Below the pieces are notes generated by a model, which had not been told where the DNA came from, ran no database searches, and saw nothing but the letters and a program-made list of their open reading frames with translations. This document shows positions 1-9,262 of a DNA stretch of 64,000 nt, one piece after another. The first letter of the stretch is position 1. The number at the start of each line of letters is the position of its first letter. The stretch is taken from NCBI GenBank assembly GCA_041583775.1, contig JBFHFF010000007.1, positions 3,382 through 67,381 on the forward strand, written 5' to 3'. The DNA is from Candidatus Moraniibacteriota bacterium. Its GTDB lineage: Bacteria > Patescibacteriota > Minisyncoccia > Moranbacterales > DUUL01. Made by a program: the position numbers and the translations under genes.

Positions 1-520
1 TGTAACTCTTTTGGAAGTTCCAAAGAATGTTGTTACTCTGATAAGAACAGAAGAGAAGGACGGATATAGTTCTGTGCAGGTTGGTTTGTTCGATCAAAAG
101 AAAACTGACAAATTGAAGAAAGATATATATACAACAAAGAGAGAATTCAGATTAAGTTCAGCAGCTGAATATCAATTAGCACAAGAACTTGGAATTGATC
201 AATTTGAAGTTGGGCAAGAAGTTGAGATTACAGGCGTTTCAAAAGGTAAAGGGCAGGAAGGTGTTGTGAAGAAATGGAACTTTGCTGGTTCACCAGCATC
301 TCATGGACACAGACACGACGAAAGATCTCCTGGATCAATCGGTAGTGCTTTTCCTGAGAGAGTTTTTAAGGGAAAGAAAATGGCAGGCCGTTCAGGTTCT
401 GAAAATGTTACAGTTAAAGGAATGAAAATTTCATTAATTGATCCAGAGAAAAATATTATCGCTATTAAGGGTTCTATTCCTGGGAATAACGGAGGTATCG
501 TTGAGGTAGTAATTAAGTAA
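1..520 (+). CDS. rplC: 50S ribosomal protein L3, 5' end truncated by window edge
   Basis: C-terminal L3 motifs (GSPASHGHRH..., FKGKKMAGRSG) and position ahead of L4. Confidence 0.9.
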   Translation, partial: VTLLEVPKNVVTLIRTEEKDGYSSVQVGLFDQKKTDKLKKDIYTTKREFRLSSAAEYQLAQELGIDQFEVGQEVEITGVSKGKGQEGVVKKWNFAGSPASHGHRHDERSPGSIGSAFPERVFKGKKMAGRSGSENVTVKGMKISLIDPEKNIIAIKGSIPGNNGGIVEVVIK

Positions 521-539
521 ATTAAGATTTTTTTCTAAG

Positions 540-1229
540 ATGAAAGTAGAGGTAAAAAATTTACAAGGTGAGAAAGTTGGAGATATCACATTGAATCAAG
601 ATGTTTTTGGTGTTGTGATAAACGAAGAACTTCTTCATGGTGTATATATTGCGCAAAACGCAAACAAGAGACAGTCAACAGCACATACTAAAACAATTTC
701 TGATAGAGCTGGTTCAACAAAGAAACCTTGGAAACAAAAAGGAACTGGACGAGCGAGAACTGGGTCTGTTCGAAATTCAATTTGGAGAAAAGGTGGAGTT
801 GTATTCGGTCCATCAAATGAAAAGAATTACAAGCAAAAAATAAACAAGAAAGTTGCTAAAAAAGCTTTTTGTATGGCACTCTCTGGAAAACTTGCAGATG
901 GAGAAATCATCATTGTTGATGAACTGAAAATGAAAGACAATAAAACAAAGTCATTTGCAGAGGTGATGAAGGCGCTCGGAATTAATAAGAAAGCAGTAAT
1001 GGCTTTCGTTGATGAAGAAAAGCAAACAGTTCTTGCAAGCAGGAATTTGGAGCAAATCACAAACACTCTAGTTTCAAACTTAAATGTTGTGAATATTCTA
1101 AACAATAAATTCCTACTCGTTAGTAAAAAAGGAATTGAAGTTTTAGAATCAAGATGTTTAGGGGCAATTGAAGAGGAGAAAGCTCCAGTGGAAGCTAAAG
1201 TAGAAAAGAGTAAATTAGAGAAAAAATAA
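540..1229 (+). CDS. rplD: 50S ribosomal protein L4 with Lys/Glu-rich C-terminal tail
   Basis: KKPWKQKGTGRARTGS...GGVVFGP L4 signature; operon position. Confidence 0.9.
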   Translation: MKVEVKNLQGEKVGDITLNQDVFGVVINEELLHGVYIAQNANKRQSTAHTKTISDRAGSTKKPWKQKGTGRARTGSVRNSIWRKGGVVFGPSNEKNYKQKINKKVAKKAFCMALSGKLADGEIIIVDELKMKDNKTKSFAEVMKALGINKKAVMAFVDEEKQTVLASRNLEQITNTLVSNLNVVNILNNKFLLVSKKGIEVLESRCLGAIEEEKAPVEAKVEKSKLEKK

Positions 1230-1266
1230 GTTTATATAGATTATTTAATCAAGAAAGGTAACAATT

Positions 1267-1701
1267 ATGTCAGCATTTTGGAATAAAAAGGAAGAAGAGC
1301 AAAAAGCAGCAAATCAAAGAGCAGCTGCCAAAAAAACTCTAGTTAAAGCCGAAAAGACTGAGAAGAAGGACAAGAAGTCAAAGCCTCAGAGAAAACTTAC
1401 AGCTGTTCAAGCAGAATTGGTAAACAGAGTTATGAAAAGACCAAGAATTTCTGAGGATACAATGAATAAGCAGGCTGAAGGGAAATATGTTTTTGAAGTA
1501 AGTTTGAGTGCTAATAAGAGTGAAGTTTCAAAAGCAATTACAGCGCTATATGGAACAGATGTCATCGCTGTTAACATTATTAATTACAAGAAGCAAAATA
1601 AGAAATTTAGAGGACACTCTGGGCAAACAAAAGCTTTTAAAAAAGCGATTGTAACAATAAAGAAAGGTCAGAGCATTGAATTGTTTAAAGAAGCTAAATA
1701 G
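1267..1701 (+). CDS. rplW: 50S ribosomal protein L23 with about 45-aa Lys/Ala-rich N-terminal extension
   Basis: YVFEVSLSANKSEV...KKAIVTIKKGQ matches L23; GAAAGG RBS upstream of the long start. Confidence 0.85.
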   Translation: MSAFWNKKEEEQKAANQRAAAKKTLVKAEKTEKKDKKSKPQRKLTAVQAELVNRVMKRPRISEDTMNKQAEGKYVFEVSLSANKSEVSKAITALYGTDVIAVNIINYKKQNKKFRGHSGQTKAFKKAIVTIKKGQSIELFKEAK

Positions 1702-1737
1702 GTTTATCAATAATTTGGATTGAATTAAAATAGGATT

Positions 1738-2565
1738 ATGGCAGTTAAAGTTTACAAAAGAAATACAGCCGGTCGACGAAATATGTCAGTATTAAAACCT
1801 GATAATTTGACCGACAAGAAACCAGAAAAGGCTCTAACAAAGTCAATTAAAAAACATTCTGGAAGATCACATGGAAAAATATCTGTTAGAAACAGAGGAG
1901 GTGGTGCAAGAAGAATCTATCGAGAGATTGATTTCAAAGTAACAAAAGCAGGAATTCCTGGAAAGATTACAGCAATTGAAAAAGATCCAAATCGAACAGC
2001 AGGGATTGCACTTATCTGTTATGCTGATGGTGAAAAAAGATATATCATCGCAACTCAGAATATGAAAGCTGGAGATGAGATACTTATGGATGCAAATGCT
2101 CCAATCAGAGAAGGAAACAGAGTTATGTTGAAAAACATTCCAACTGGAACAGGCGTTTGTAATGTAGAAATGGTGCCAGGAAAAGGAGCTCAAATGGCTA
2201 GAAGCGCTGGAGCTCAAGTAATTTTGCAAGCTATCGATGCAGGAATGGCAACATTAAAACTCCCATCAGGTGAAATCAGAATGGTGAGAGAAGATTGTTA
2301 TGCAACACTCGGAAGAATTAGTAATTTTGAACACGCAAGTGTGAAGATTGGAAAAGCTGGAAAATCTCGACATATTGGAAAGAGACCAAAGGTTCGAGGT
2401 TCTGCAATGAATCCAGTTGATCATCCACATGGAGGAGGAGAAGGAAGACAAGGTGTGGGTATGAAATATCCTAAGACTCCATGGGGAAGACACGCACTAG
2501 GAAAGAAAACAAGAAGAAAGAATATTGCTTCTGACAAATATATTGTCAAGAGAAGAAAGAAATAA
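1738..2565 (+). CDS. rplB: 50S ribosomal protein L2
   Basis: GRRNMSVL..., VDHPHGGGEGR motif typical of L2. Confidence 0.95.
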   Translation: MAVKVYKRNTAGRRNMSVLKPDNLTDKKPEKALTKSIKKHSGRSHGKISVRNRGGGARRIYREIDFKVTKAGIPGKITAIEKDPNRTAGIALICYADGEKRYIIATQNMKAGDEILMDANAPIREGNRVMLKNIPTGTGVCNVEMVPGKGAQMARSAGAQVILQAIDAGMATLKLPSGEIRMVREDCYATLGRISNFEHASVKIGKAGKSRHIGKRPKVRGSAMNPVDHPHGGGEGRQGVGMKYPKTPWGRHALGKKTRRKNIASDKYIVKRRKK

Positions 2566-2595
2566 GCACGATTTAAGAATTAGTTACAATAAATT

Positions 2596-2922
2596 ATGGC
2601 TCGCTCACTGAAAAAAGGACCATTTGTGGATGAAAAATTGCTAAGTAAAATCAAGGACTTGAAACCAGGAGGAAAAGAAGTTATTAAGACCTGGTCACGC
2701 AGTGCAACTATCGTCCCTGAGATGGTGGGATATACATTCGGAATTCACAACGGAAGAATGCACACCGCGGTTAGAATTGTAGAAGATATGGTTGGGCACA
2801 AACTTGGGGAATTTTCTCCAACAAGAACATTCAGCCGTCATGGTGGAAAGATTCAGAAAGATCTTGACCAAGCTAGAAAAATGAAAGAAATCGATGCTGC
2901 AAAAGCGGCAAAAGCTAAGTAA
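2596..2922 (+). CDS. rpsS: 30S ribosomal protein S19 with short Lys/Ala C-terminal tail
   Basis: [16 protein letters not shown]...[13 protein letters not shown]. Confidence 0.95.
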   Translation: MARSLKKGPFVDEKLLSKIKDLKPGGKEVIKTWSRSATIVPEMVGYTFGIHNGRMHTAVRIVEDMVGHKLGEFSPTRTFSRHGGKIQKDLDQARKMKEIDAAKAAKAK

Positions 2923-2941
2923 TACGATTAATTTAATATAA

Positions 2942-3427
2942 GTGATGAAAGTTCAGGCACGACTCAACAGATATAGACGATCAGCTCAAAAAGTACGGGA
3001 AATTTTTCCTGTTATCAAGGGGCTGGACGCCACAGAGGCGCTTTTGCAATTAGAATACTCAAAGAGAGGTGATGCATTGGATATCAAGAAACTTCTTGCG
3101 AGCGCTATTGCAAATGCTACAAATAATTTCAAATTGAATAAAGCTGATTTGTTTGTAGAAAACATTCTTGCCGAAGAAGGGAAGACAATGAAGCGTTGGA
3201 GACCAAGAGCATATGGACGAGCAGCAAAAATTCTAAAGCGAACATGTGATATCATTATTACATTAGAGGAAAAAGCAAAAGAAGAAAAAACTGTTGCAAA
3301 GAAAGTAGCTAAAAAGGTCGTTGACAAAAGTGAGGTAACGGAGGGGAAAAAAGTTGAAAAGAAAGAATCGCTTAAAGTAGAGGCGAAATCAAAAAAGGCC
3401 GAAGTAAGCGAGAAGACAGATAAATAA
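2942..3427 (+). CDS. rplV: 50S ribosomal protein L22 with about 50-aa Lys/Glu-rich C-terminal extension
   Basis: L22 core (ARLNRYRRSAQKVREI...KRWRPRAYGRAAKILKRTCDIIITLEE); operon position. Confidence 0.9.
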   Translation: MMKVQARLNRYRRSAQKVREIFPVIKGLDATEALLQLEYSKRGDALDIKKLLASAIANATNNFKLNKADLFVENILAEEGKTMKRWRPRAYGRAAKILKRTCDIIITLEEKAKEEKTVAKKVAKKVVDKSEVTEGKKVEKKESLKVEAKSKKAEVSEKTDK

Positions 3428-3458
3428 GATAAATTGTAATTTCTAATTTTTTTCAAAT

Positions 3459-4151
3459 ATGGGACAGAAAGTAGATCCACGAGGATTCCGAATCGGAATA
3501 AATAAAACTTGGAGCTCTCGTTGGTACAGCAACAAAGGTTATGGGGCGAATCTTGAGAAAGATACGCTTATTAGAGAATATGTTTTGACAAACTTCAAGC
3601 ACGCGGCAATTTCTAGCGTTGACATCGAAAGAAGTGTTGCAAAACTCAGAATGATTATCAGAACAAATCGACCAGGTGTTATTATTGGACGAGGAGGAAA
3701 GGGACTTGAAGAATTGCGACAACAACTTGAGAGAAAATTTCTTTTCAAGGAAAAATTGCAAGTCCAAATTGATATTATTGAGGTTAGATCAATTGAGGAA
3801 GATGCTCAACTATTAGCAAATGACGCAGCATTTCAAATTGAAAAACGAGTAGCATTCAGAAGAGTGATGAAGATGATGCTTGATAAGGTGATGCAAAACA
3901 GAAATGTTTTTGGAATTAAAATCCAACTTTCTGGAAGATTGGGCGGAGCTGAAATGTCAAGAGTAGAGTGGTTATCAAAAGGAAATATCCCACTTCACAC
4001 ATTGAGAGCAAATATTGACTATGCACCAGCAACTGCAAGAACTACATATGGAGCAATTGGTGTTAAGGTTTGGCTAAATAAGAAAGAACAGCTTGAGCAA
4101 GAACAAGGAAAAAGACGGGAAAGACAAGAGCGAAAGCCAAGCCATAGATAA
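3459..4151 (+). CDS. rpsC: 30S ribosomal protein S3
   Basis: MGQKVDPRGFRIGINKTW, KH domain, GRLGGAEMSR. Confidence 0.95.
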   Translation: MGQKVDPRGFRIGINKTWSSRWYSNKGYGANLEKDTLIREYVLTNFKHAAISSVDIERSVAKLRMIIRTNRPGVIIGRGGKGLEELRQQLERKFLFKEKLQVQIDIIEVRSIEEDAQLLANDAAFQIEKRVAFRRVMKMMLDKVMQNRNVFGIKIQLSGRLGGAEMSRVEWLSKGNIPLHTLRANIDYAPATARTTYGAIGVKVWLNKKEQLEQEQGKRRERQERKPSHR

Positions 4152-4200
4152 TTAGAACAGGTTTAGTTAGAATAATTTATAATGATTTCACAACGGACAT

Positions 4201-4611
4201 ATGTTAATGCCTAAGAAAGTAAAACATAGAAAGGTTCACAGAGGTGGAAAACTCAAAGGAGATGCCAAAAAAGGAGCAGAGGTTTCATTTGGAAAATATG
4301 GAATCCAGTCACTTGACTATGGAGCAATTAACTCACGAGAGATTGAAGCTGCACGACGAGCTATTACAAGATATGTACAAAGAGGGGGTAAGATTTGGAT
4401 TAGAATTTTCCCAGATCACTCAATGACAAAAAAAGGAGCTGAAGTTCCTATGGGTAAAGGTAAGGGTTCCCCAGATCATTTTGTAGCCAAGATAAAGCCA
4501 GGAAGAGTTTTGTTTGAGATGGATGGAGTTGATGAAGCAATCGCAAGAAGAGCTTTGAGATTGGGTTCAGATAAATTGAGTGTGAAAACTAAATTTATCA
4601 CAAGTAAATAG
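4201..4611 (+). CDS. rplP: 50S ribosomal protein L16
   Basis: [18 protein letters not shown]...[14 protein letters not shown]. Confidence 0.95.
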   Translation: MLMPKKVKHRKVHRGGKLKGDAKKGAEVSFGKYGIQSLDYGAINSREIEAARRAITRYVQRGGKIWIRIFPDHSMTKKGAEVPMGKGKGSPDHFVAKIKPGRVLFEMDGVDEAIARRALRLGSDKLSVKTKFITSK

Positions 4612-4637
4612 ATAATTGATAACTTTTCCATAATAAT

Positions 4638-4820
4638 ATGAAAGCAAAGGAAATCAGGGAGAAAAACAAAGAAGAACTTGAGACAGAATTGAAAGATTCT
4701 CGAGCAAAGCTTATGCAAGCTCGTTTCGATTTGAATTCAAGACAACTTCGAGATTCTAGCGGAATCAAAAAATTAACAAAGGATATCGCAAGAATTATGA
4801 CAATTCTTCATAATAAATAG
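4638..4820 (+). CDS. rpmC: 50S ribosomal protein L29
   Basis: 60-aa protein; ELETELKDSRAKLMQARF pattern; operon position. Confidence 0.85.
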   Translation: MKAKEIREKNKEELETELKDSRAKLMQARFDLNSRQLRDSSGIKKLTKDIARIMTILHNK

Positions 4821-4839
4821 TTTAGACCCAAGAAATTTT

Positions 4840-5106
4840 ATGAATAAGGATAATAAAGAGAAAGAGACAATCAAGAAGCAAAAAGGGACTGTCGTTAGCA
4901 TTGCTGGTGACAAGACCATTGTGGTAGAGGTTGTTACTCTGAAGACTCACAAGAAATATGTGAAGAAATATAAGTCTTCAAGTAAATTTAGTATTCATGA
5001 TGAAAAAAATGAATATAAAATTGGGGATGTTGTTTATTTTAAAGAATGTCATCCAATTAGCAAGAATAAGAAGTGGACAGTTATTGGGAAAGTGGAGAAC
5101 AAATAA
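4840..5106 (+). CDS. rpsQ: 30S ribosomal protein S17
   Basis: KGTVVSIAGDKTIVVEV...HDEKNEYKIGDVV. Confidence 0.9.
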   Translation: MNKDNKEKETIKKQKGTVVSIAGDKTIVVEVVTLKTHKKYVKKYKSSSKFSIHDEKNEYKIGDVVYFKECHPISKNKKWTVIGKVENK

Positions 5107-5150
5107 GCTTTTCTCAAACTTTAGAGTTTAATTAAGTTATTATATAGACA

Positions 5151-5516
5151 ATGATACAAGCAGAGTCAAAATTGAAAGTTGCAGATAATTCAGGAGCAAA
5201 AGTGATTGAATGTTTCAAGGTTCTTGGTGGATCTAAGAGACGGTATGCTTATGTTGGAGATATTATCGTAGCTTCTGTAAAGGAATCAGAGCCTCGTGGA
5301 TCAGTGAAGAAAAAAGAGGTTGTAAAGGCTGTTATCGTTAGACAAAAGAAAGCGATTCAGAGAAAAGATGGGTCGACTATTAAATTTGACGAAAATGCAG
5401 CGGTTATACTAGATGGAACAGAACCTAAGGGGACACGCGTTTTTGGACCAATTGCAAGAGAGGTTCGAGACCGAGGATTTATGAAGATTGTTTCTTTGGC
5501 AGAAGAAGTTTACTAA
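5151..5516 (+). CDS. rplN: 50S ribosomal protein L14
   Basis: [17 protein letters not shown]... Confidence 0.95.
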   Translation: MIQAESKLKVADNSGAKVIECFKVLGGSKRRYAYVGDIIVASVKESEPRGSVKKKEVVKAVIVRQKKAIQRKDGSTIKFDENAAVILDGTEPKGTRVFGPIAREVRDRGFMKIVSLAEEVY

Positions 5517-5543
5517 TTAAAAGTAAAAAATAGTTTTAAAGCA

Positions 5544-5846
5544 ATGAATATTAGAAAAGGTGATAAGATTAAAGTTTTGAGCGGTAAAGATCGCGGAAAA
5601 ACTGGAAAAGTTACAAAAGCGCTTCCTGCCGAAGGAAAAGTTGTTGTTGAAAAGATTAATGTTGTTAAAAAACACAACAAAGCAAAAGGAGCAACACCAG
5701 GCGAGAGAATTGCTGTTGAATTGCCAATTGGCATCTCAAATGTGCAATTAGTTTGTTCTAAATGTGGAAAACCGACAAGGGTAGGAAAGAAAAAAGTCGG
5801 CGACAAGATGGTTAGAATTTGTAAAAAATGTGAAGCTGAAATTTAG
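5544..5846 (+). CDS. rplX: 50S ribosomal protein L24 with C-terminal CxxC...CxxC zinc-ribbon-like tail
   Basis: KOW region GDKIKVLSGKDRGKTGKV; C-terminus CSKCG...CKKCE. Confidence 0.85.
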   Translation: MNIRKGDKIKVLSGKDRGKTGKVTKALPAEGKVVVEKINVVKKHNKAKGATPGERIAVELPIGISNVQLVCSKCGKPTRVGKKKVGDKMVRICKKCEAEI

Positions 5847-5889
5847 TAAGAAATTTAAATATACTTAACCCATCAGTTTTTGAAGATAT

Positions 5890-6438
5890 ATGAAAAAGAA
5901 TGTATTAGAAGAAAAATATATAAAAGAGGTTGCACCAAAGCTTATGGAAAAGTTTGGTTATGACAATGTAATGGCAATTCCCAAGATTACCAAAGTTTCA
6001 ATAAATGTTGGATTGTCAAAAGCGGCTAATAATCAAAATTTCAAAGAAGATGTAATTCGTGATTTGAGATTGATTACAGGTCAAAAGCCAATGTTAACAA
6101 AAGCTAGAAAGGCTATCGCTGGTTTTAAAATCAGAGAAAACCAAGAAGTTGGAGTTAATGTTACCTTGAGAGGAAAGAGAATGTGGGATTTTGTTAATAA
6201 GCTTATTAATGCTACAATTCCAAGAATGAAGGACTTTCAGGGGATAAAGAGAGAGAATTTTGATAATCAAGGAAATTTCAATTATGGAATTAAAGAACAA
6301 TTGATTTTTCCAGAGATTTCAACTGACGATATAACTACAACCTTTGGATTGCAAGTTAATATCACTTCTTCAACAAGTGGTCGAGATGAAGGAATTGAAT
6401 TGTTTAAATTACTAGGTTTTCCAATTCAGGAAAAATAG
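5890..6438 (+). CDS. rplE: 50S ribosomal protein L5
   Basis: PKITKVSINVGL...KARKAIAGFKIRE. Confidence 0.95.
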   Translation: MKKNVLEEKYIKEVAPKLMEKFGYDNVMAIPKITKVSINVGLSKAANNQNFKEDVIRDLRLITGQKPMLTKARKAIAGFKIRENQEVGVNVTLRGKRMWDFVNKLINATIPRMKDFQGIKRENFDNQGNFNYGIKEQLIFPEISTDDITTTFGLQVNITSSTSGRDEGIELFKLLGFPIQEK

Positions 6439-6471
6439 AGTAGATAAGATAAATATTAGTAAATATATCAT

Positions 6472-6864
6472 ATGAGTTTTGATCAAGTTTCAGATATGCT
6501 CACTAGAATCAGGAATGCACAAATGGCTGGAAATGCTGATGTGTCAATGCCCTGTTCAAAGTTTAAGCTTGCATTAGCAAGGGCATTATATAGCAATGAA
6601 TATATTGAAGAAGTTTCAATTTTTTCTGAAGGAAATAAAAAATATCTTCGATTAAAATTGAAATATTTCGGATTAGTACCTGCTATTAAAGGAATTAGTC
6701 GAGTTAGTAAACAAGGACAGAGAATCTATATTGGAAGCAAAGATCTTCCAAGAGTTAAGAATAATTTTGGTGTTGCATTTATTTCTACATCAAAAGGGAT
6801 TATGACAGATAAGAGTGCAAGAAAGGAGAATTTGGGAGGAGAATTTATCTGTAAGGTTTGGTAA
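6472..6864 (+). CDS. rpsH: 30S ribosomal protein S8
   Basis: DMLTRIRNA...GGEFICKVW; aligns along full length with bacterial S8. Confidence 0.95.
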   Translation: MSFDQVSDMLTRIRNAQMAGNADVSMPCSKFKLALARALYSNEYIEEVSIFSEGNKKYLRLKLKYFGLVPAIKGISRVSKQGQRIYIGSKDLPRVKNNFGVAFISTSKGIMTDKSARKENLGGEFICKVW

Positions 6865-6899
6865 TTTTTATAAATTGGTAGAATAAATATAACGAAAAT

Positions 6900-7085
6900 A
6901 TGGCAAAAAAATCAGTTATAGCAAGAGCGCAAAAAAAGCCAAAGTTTTCCAGCCGTATTGTAAATAGATGTTGGAAATGTGGACGAAAGCATGGATATAT
7001 GAGACAATTTGGTCTTTGTAGAATTTGTTTTCGAGAGCTCGCTGTTAAGGGATGTGTTCCTGGCGTTAGACGCTCAAGTTGGTAG
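6900..7085 (+). CDS. rpsN: 30S ribosomal protein S14, zinc-binding type Z (61 aa)
   Basis: [10 protein letters not shown]...CRICFRELA; C4 short form. Confidence 0.9.
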   Translation: MAKKSVIARAQKKPKFSSRIVNRCWKCGRKHGYMRQFGLCRICFRELAVKGCVPGVRRSSW

Positions 7086-7118
7086 AATTTTGTATAAAAT
7101 GTTAAATAGTTAAAGAGG

Positions 7119-7661
7119 ATGTCAAGAATTGGAAAAAAACCTATTTCTATACCTAGTGGCGTAACAGTAACTCTTGAGGACAAAACCGTAAAGGTTAAAG
7201 GTCCAAAAGGGGAGTTGTCTTTTGAGACAAGCTATGAAGTCGAGGTTGGAGTAAAGGACAATGAAATCGCTGTTACAAAAATTGGAAGAACTAAAGCTGC
7301 CCCTGCACTTTGGGGAACAACTAGGTCAAGAATTCAAAATCTGGTACTAGGTGTTTCGGAAGGATTTAAAAAAGGATTAGAACTTCATGGAGTTGGTTAT
7401 AAAATGACTCTACAAGGGAAAAAATTGGTTTTAAACCTTGGGTTCTCTCATCCTATTGAACTTCAAATTCCAGAAGGTTTAACAGTTACGATTGAAAAAA
7501 ATATAATGACTGTTGAAGGAATTGACAAACAAGTTGTTGGACAATTTACAGCAGAAGTTAGATCTCTTAAAAAAGTCGAACCTTACAAAGGTAAAGGATT
7601 TAGGTATATTGGCGAGACTTTTGTTAAAAAAGAAGGAAAGCGTGCTACTGCTAGTAGCTAG
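7119..7661 (+). CDS. rplF: 50S ribosomal protein L6
   Basis: MSRIGKKPISIPSGV...two-domain L6 pattern. Confidence 0.95.
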   Translation: MSRIGKKPISIPSGVTVTLEDKTVKVKGPKGELSFETSYEVEVGVKDNEIAVTKIGRTKAAPALWGTTRSRIQNLVLGVSEGFKKGLELHGVGYKMTLQGKKLVLNLGFSHPIELQIPEGLTVTIEKNIMTVEGIDKQVVGQFTAEVRSLKKVEPYKGKGFRYIGETFVKKEGKRATASS

Positions 7662-7688
7662 TAAATAGAGGTATAATCTAAATATTTT

Positions 7689-8036
7689 ATGAAAAAAAGT
7701 AAGAATCAGATACGCGTTCACAGGAAGCGAAGAATTCGTTCTAAGATTTCTGGAACAGCAAGTATGCCAAGATTAAGTGTTTTTAGGAGTCTTACAATGT
7801 TAAGTGCTCAAATTATTGATGATGTTGAGGGAAAGACATTGGCGGCTGCAGACACAAGAGAATTGAAGAAAAAAGAATTTAGCGTTAAGGTTGCTACTGA
7901 GCTTGGAAAATTGGTTGCAACTAAGGCAAAAAAGGCAAAAATCGAATCAGTCGTTTTCGATAGAAGCGGATACCTATATCACGGGAAAATTAAGGCTTTT
8001 GCCGAAGGAGCTCGTGAAGGAGGATTGAAATTTTAA
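7689..8036 (+). CDS. rplR: 50S ribosomal protein L18
   Basis: RVHRKRRIR...PRLSVFRS... Confidence 0.9.
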   Translation: MKKSKNQIRVHRKRRIRSKISGTASMPRLSVFRSLTMLSAQIIDDVEGKTLAAADTRELKKKEFSVKVATELGKLVATKAKKAKIESVVFDRSGYLYHGKIKAFAEGAREGGLKF

Positions 8037-8065
8037 GTTATTAATTGTTATTGATTTTTTGTGAT

Positions 8066-8761
8066 ATGGCAACAACACAACAAGATAAAGGAAATAAGAA
8101 GTTTTCTCGAGGTAGAAAGAAGAAATTCCAAAAACGAGAGAAACCTGAATTCGAACAAAAACTACTCGACCTTGCTCGTGTAACTCGTGTAGTTAAAGGT
8201 GGACGAAGATTTTCGTTCAGAGCCTCTGTTGTTATCGGAGACAGAAAGGGGAAAGTTGGTTTTGGAGTAGCTAAAGGATCTGATGTTTCAGTTGCAATTG
8301 GGAAAGCATTTGCAGCTGCAAAGAAAAATATGATTTTAGTGAAAAGAGCCAATTCAACCATTGCTTTCGATATCAAAAAGAAATTTGGTGCAGCAAAAAT
8401 TATTATGCGTCCAGCTAAAAAAGGAAGAGGAATCGTTGCCGGAGGAGCAATGAGATCAGTCTTTGAACTTGCTGGAGTAAAAGATATTGTTGCAAAGTCA
8501 TTAGGTTCTTCAAATAAAATCAATGTTGCTCGGGCAACAATGGCTGCTCTTGAAGAATTGGGAATGCAAATGATAGGAAAGGGGATGGTGAAGAAATCTA
8601 TTGCTAAAAAGGTTGTTAATAAAGTTGAGAGCAAAGTGAATTCTGCTAAAACTGAGACCGAAAAGGCTGTTAAAGAAAGTGTTAAAGTTGAAAAGGATAC
8701 TAAAAAGAAAGCTGCAAAAACTGTAAAAAAAACAGTTGTGAAAAAAGCAGAAGTTAAGTAA
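8066..8761 (+). CDS. rpsE: 30S ribosomal protein S5 with about 70-aa Lys-rich C-terminal extension
   Basis: RVTRVVKGGRRFSFRA...GFGVAKG; start placed at in-frame ATG 8066 rather than the track start at 8045. Confidence 0.9.
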   Translation: MATTQQDKGNKKFSRGRKKKFQKREKPEFEQKLLDLARVTRVVKGGRRFSFRASVVIGDRKGKVGFGVAKGSDVSVAIGKAFAAAKKNMILVKRANSTIAFDIKKKFGAAKIIMRPAKKGRGIVAGGAMRSVFELAGVKDIVAKSLGSSNKINVARATMAALEELGMQMIGKGMVKKSIAKKVVNKVESKVNSAKTETEKAVKESVKVEKDTKKKAAKTVKKTVVKKAEVK

Positions 8762-8779
8762 GGTTAAATCTATTTTGAT

Positions 8780-9202
8780 ATGCAAATTAATGATCTAAAA
8801 GCTGCGGAAAGAAGTTCTAAAAAAAGAACACGCGGTGGAAAAAAGGGAACATATTGTGGTGCTGGAATGAAGGGGCAAAAATCCAGAAGTGGACATTCTC
8901 AAGCCGCAACATTTTCTGGAGGAAGCTCTTCAATTGTTAGACAAACAAAAAAACTTAAAGGATTTAAATCCTTAAAACCAGAAATGCAAATAGTTAATTT
9001 AAAAGAAATTGACAGAGATTTTGATAATGGTGCAGAAATAACTCCTGAATCTTTAAAAGAAAAAGGATTGATAAGTAAATTATCACTTCCTGTGAAAATT
9101 CTTTCAGTGGGTGAAATTTCCAAAAAAGTGTCTTTGAAAGATGTCGCTTTTTCAGCTACAGTGAAAGAAAAAATTGAAAAAGCTGGTGGAAGTGTAGCGT
9201 AA
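8780..9202 (+). CDS. rplO: 50S ribosomal protein L15
   Basis: KKRTRGGKKGTYCGAG..GQKSRSG; follows rpsE directly with no L30 gene between. Confidence 0.9.
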   Translation: MQINDLKAAERSSKKRTRGGKKGTYCGAGMKGQKSRSGHSQAATFSGGSSSIVRQTKKLKGFKSLKPEMQIVNLKEIDRDFDNGAEITPESLKEKGLISKLSLPVKILSVGEISKKVSLKDVAFSATVKEKIEKAGGSVA

Positions 9203-9262
9203 TATTTAGTTTTTTGATATACACAATCACTAAATATTTTATATAACACTAGAAAAAAACAA

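Noticed and set aside
827-8785. Numerous 60-200-aa ORFs antisense to or out of frame with the ribosomal protein genes (for example 827..1105 -, 1867..2229 -, 2986..3480 -, 8041..8634 -, 8510..8785 -)
   Set aside because: They give low-complexity Ser/Phe/Leu-rich translations typical of the reverse strand of Lys/Glu-rich genes. They overlap unambiguous conserved genes and have no motifs.
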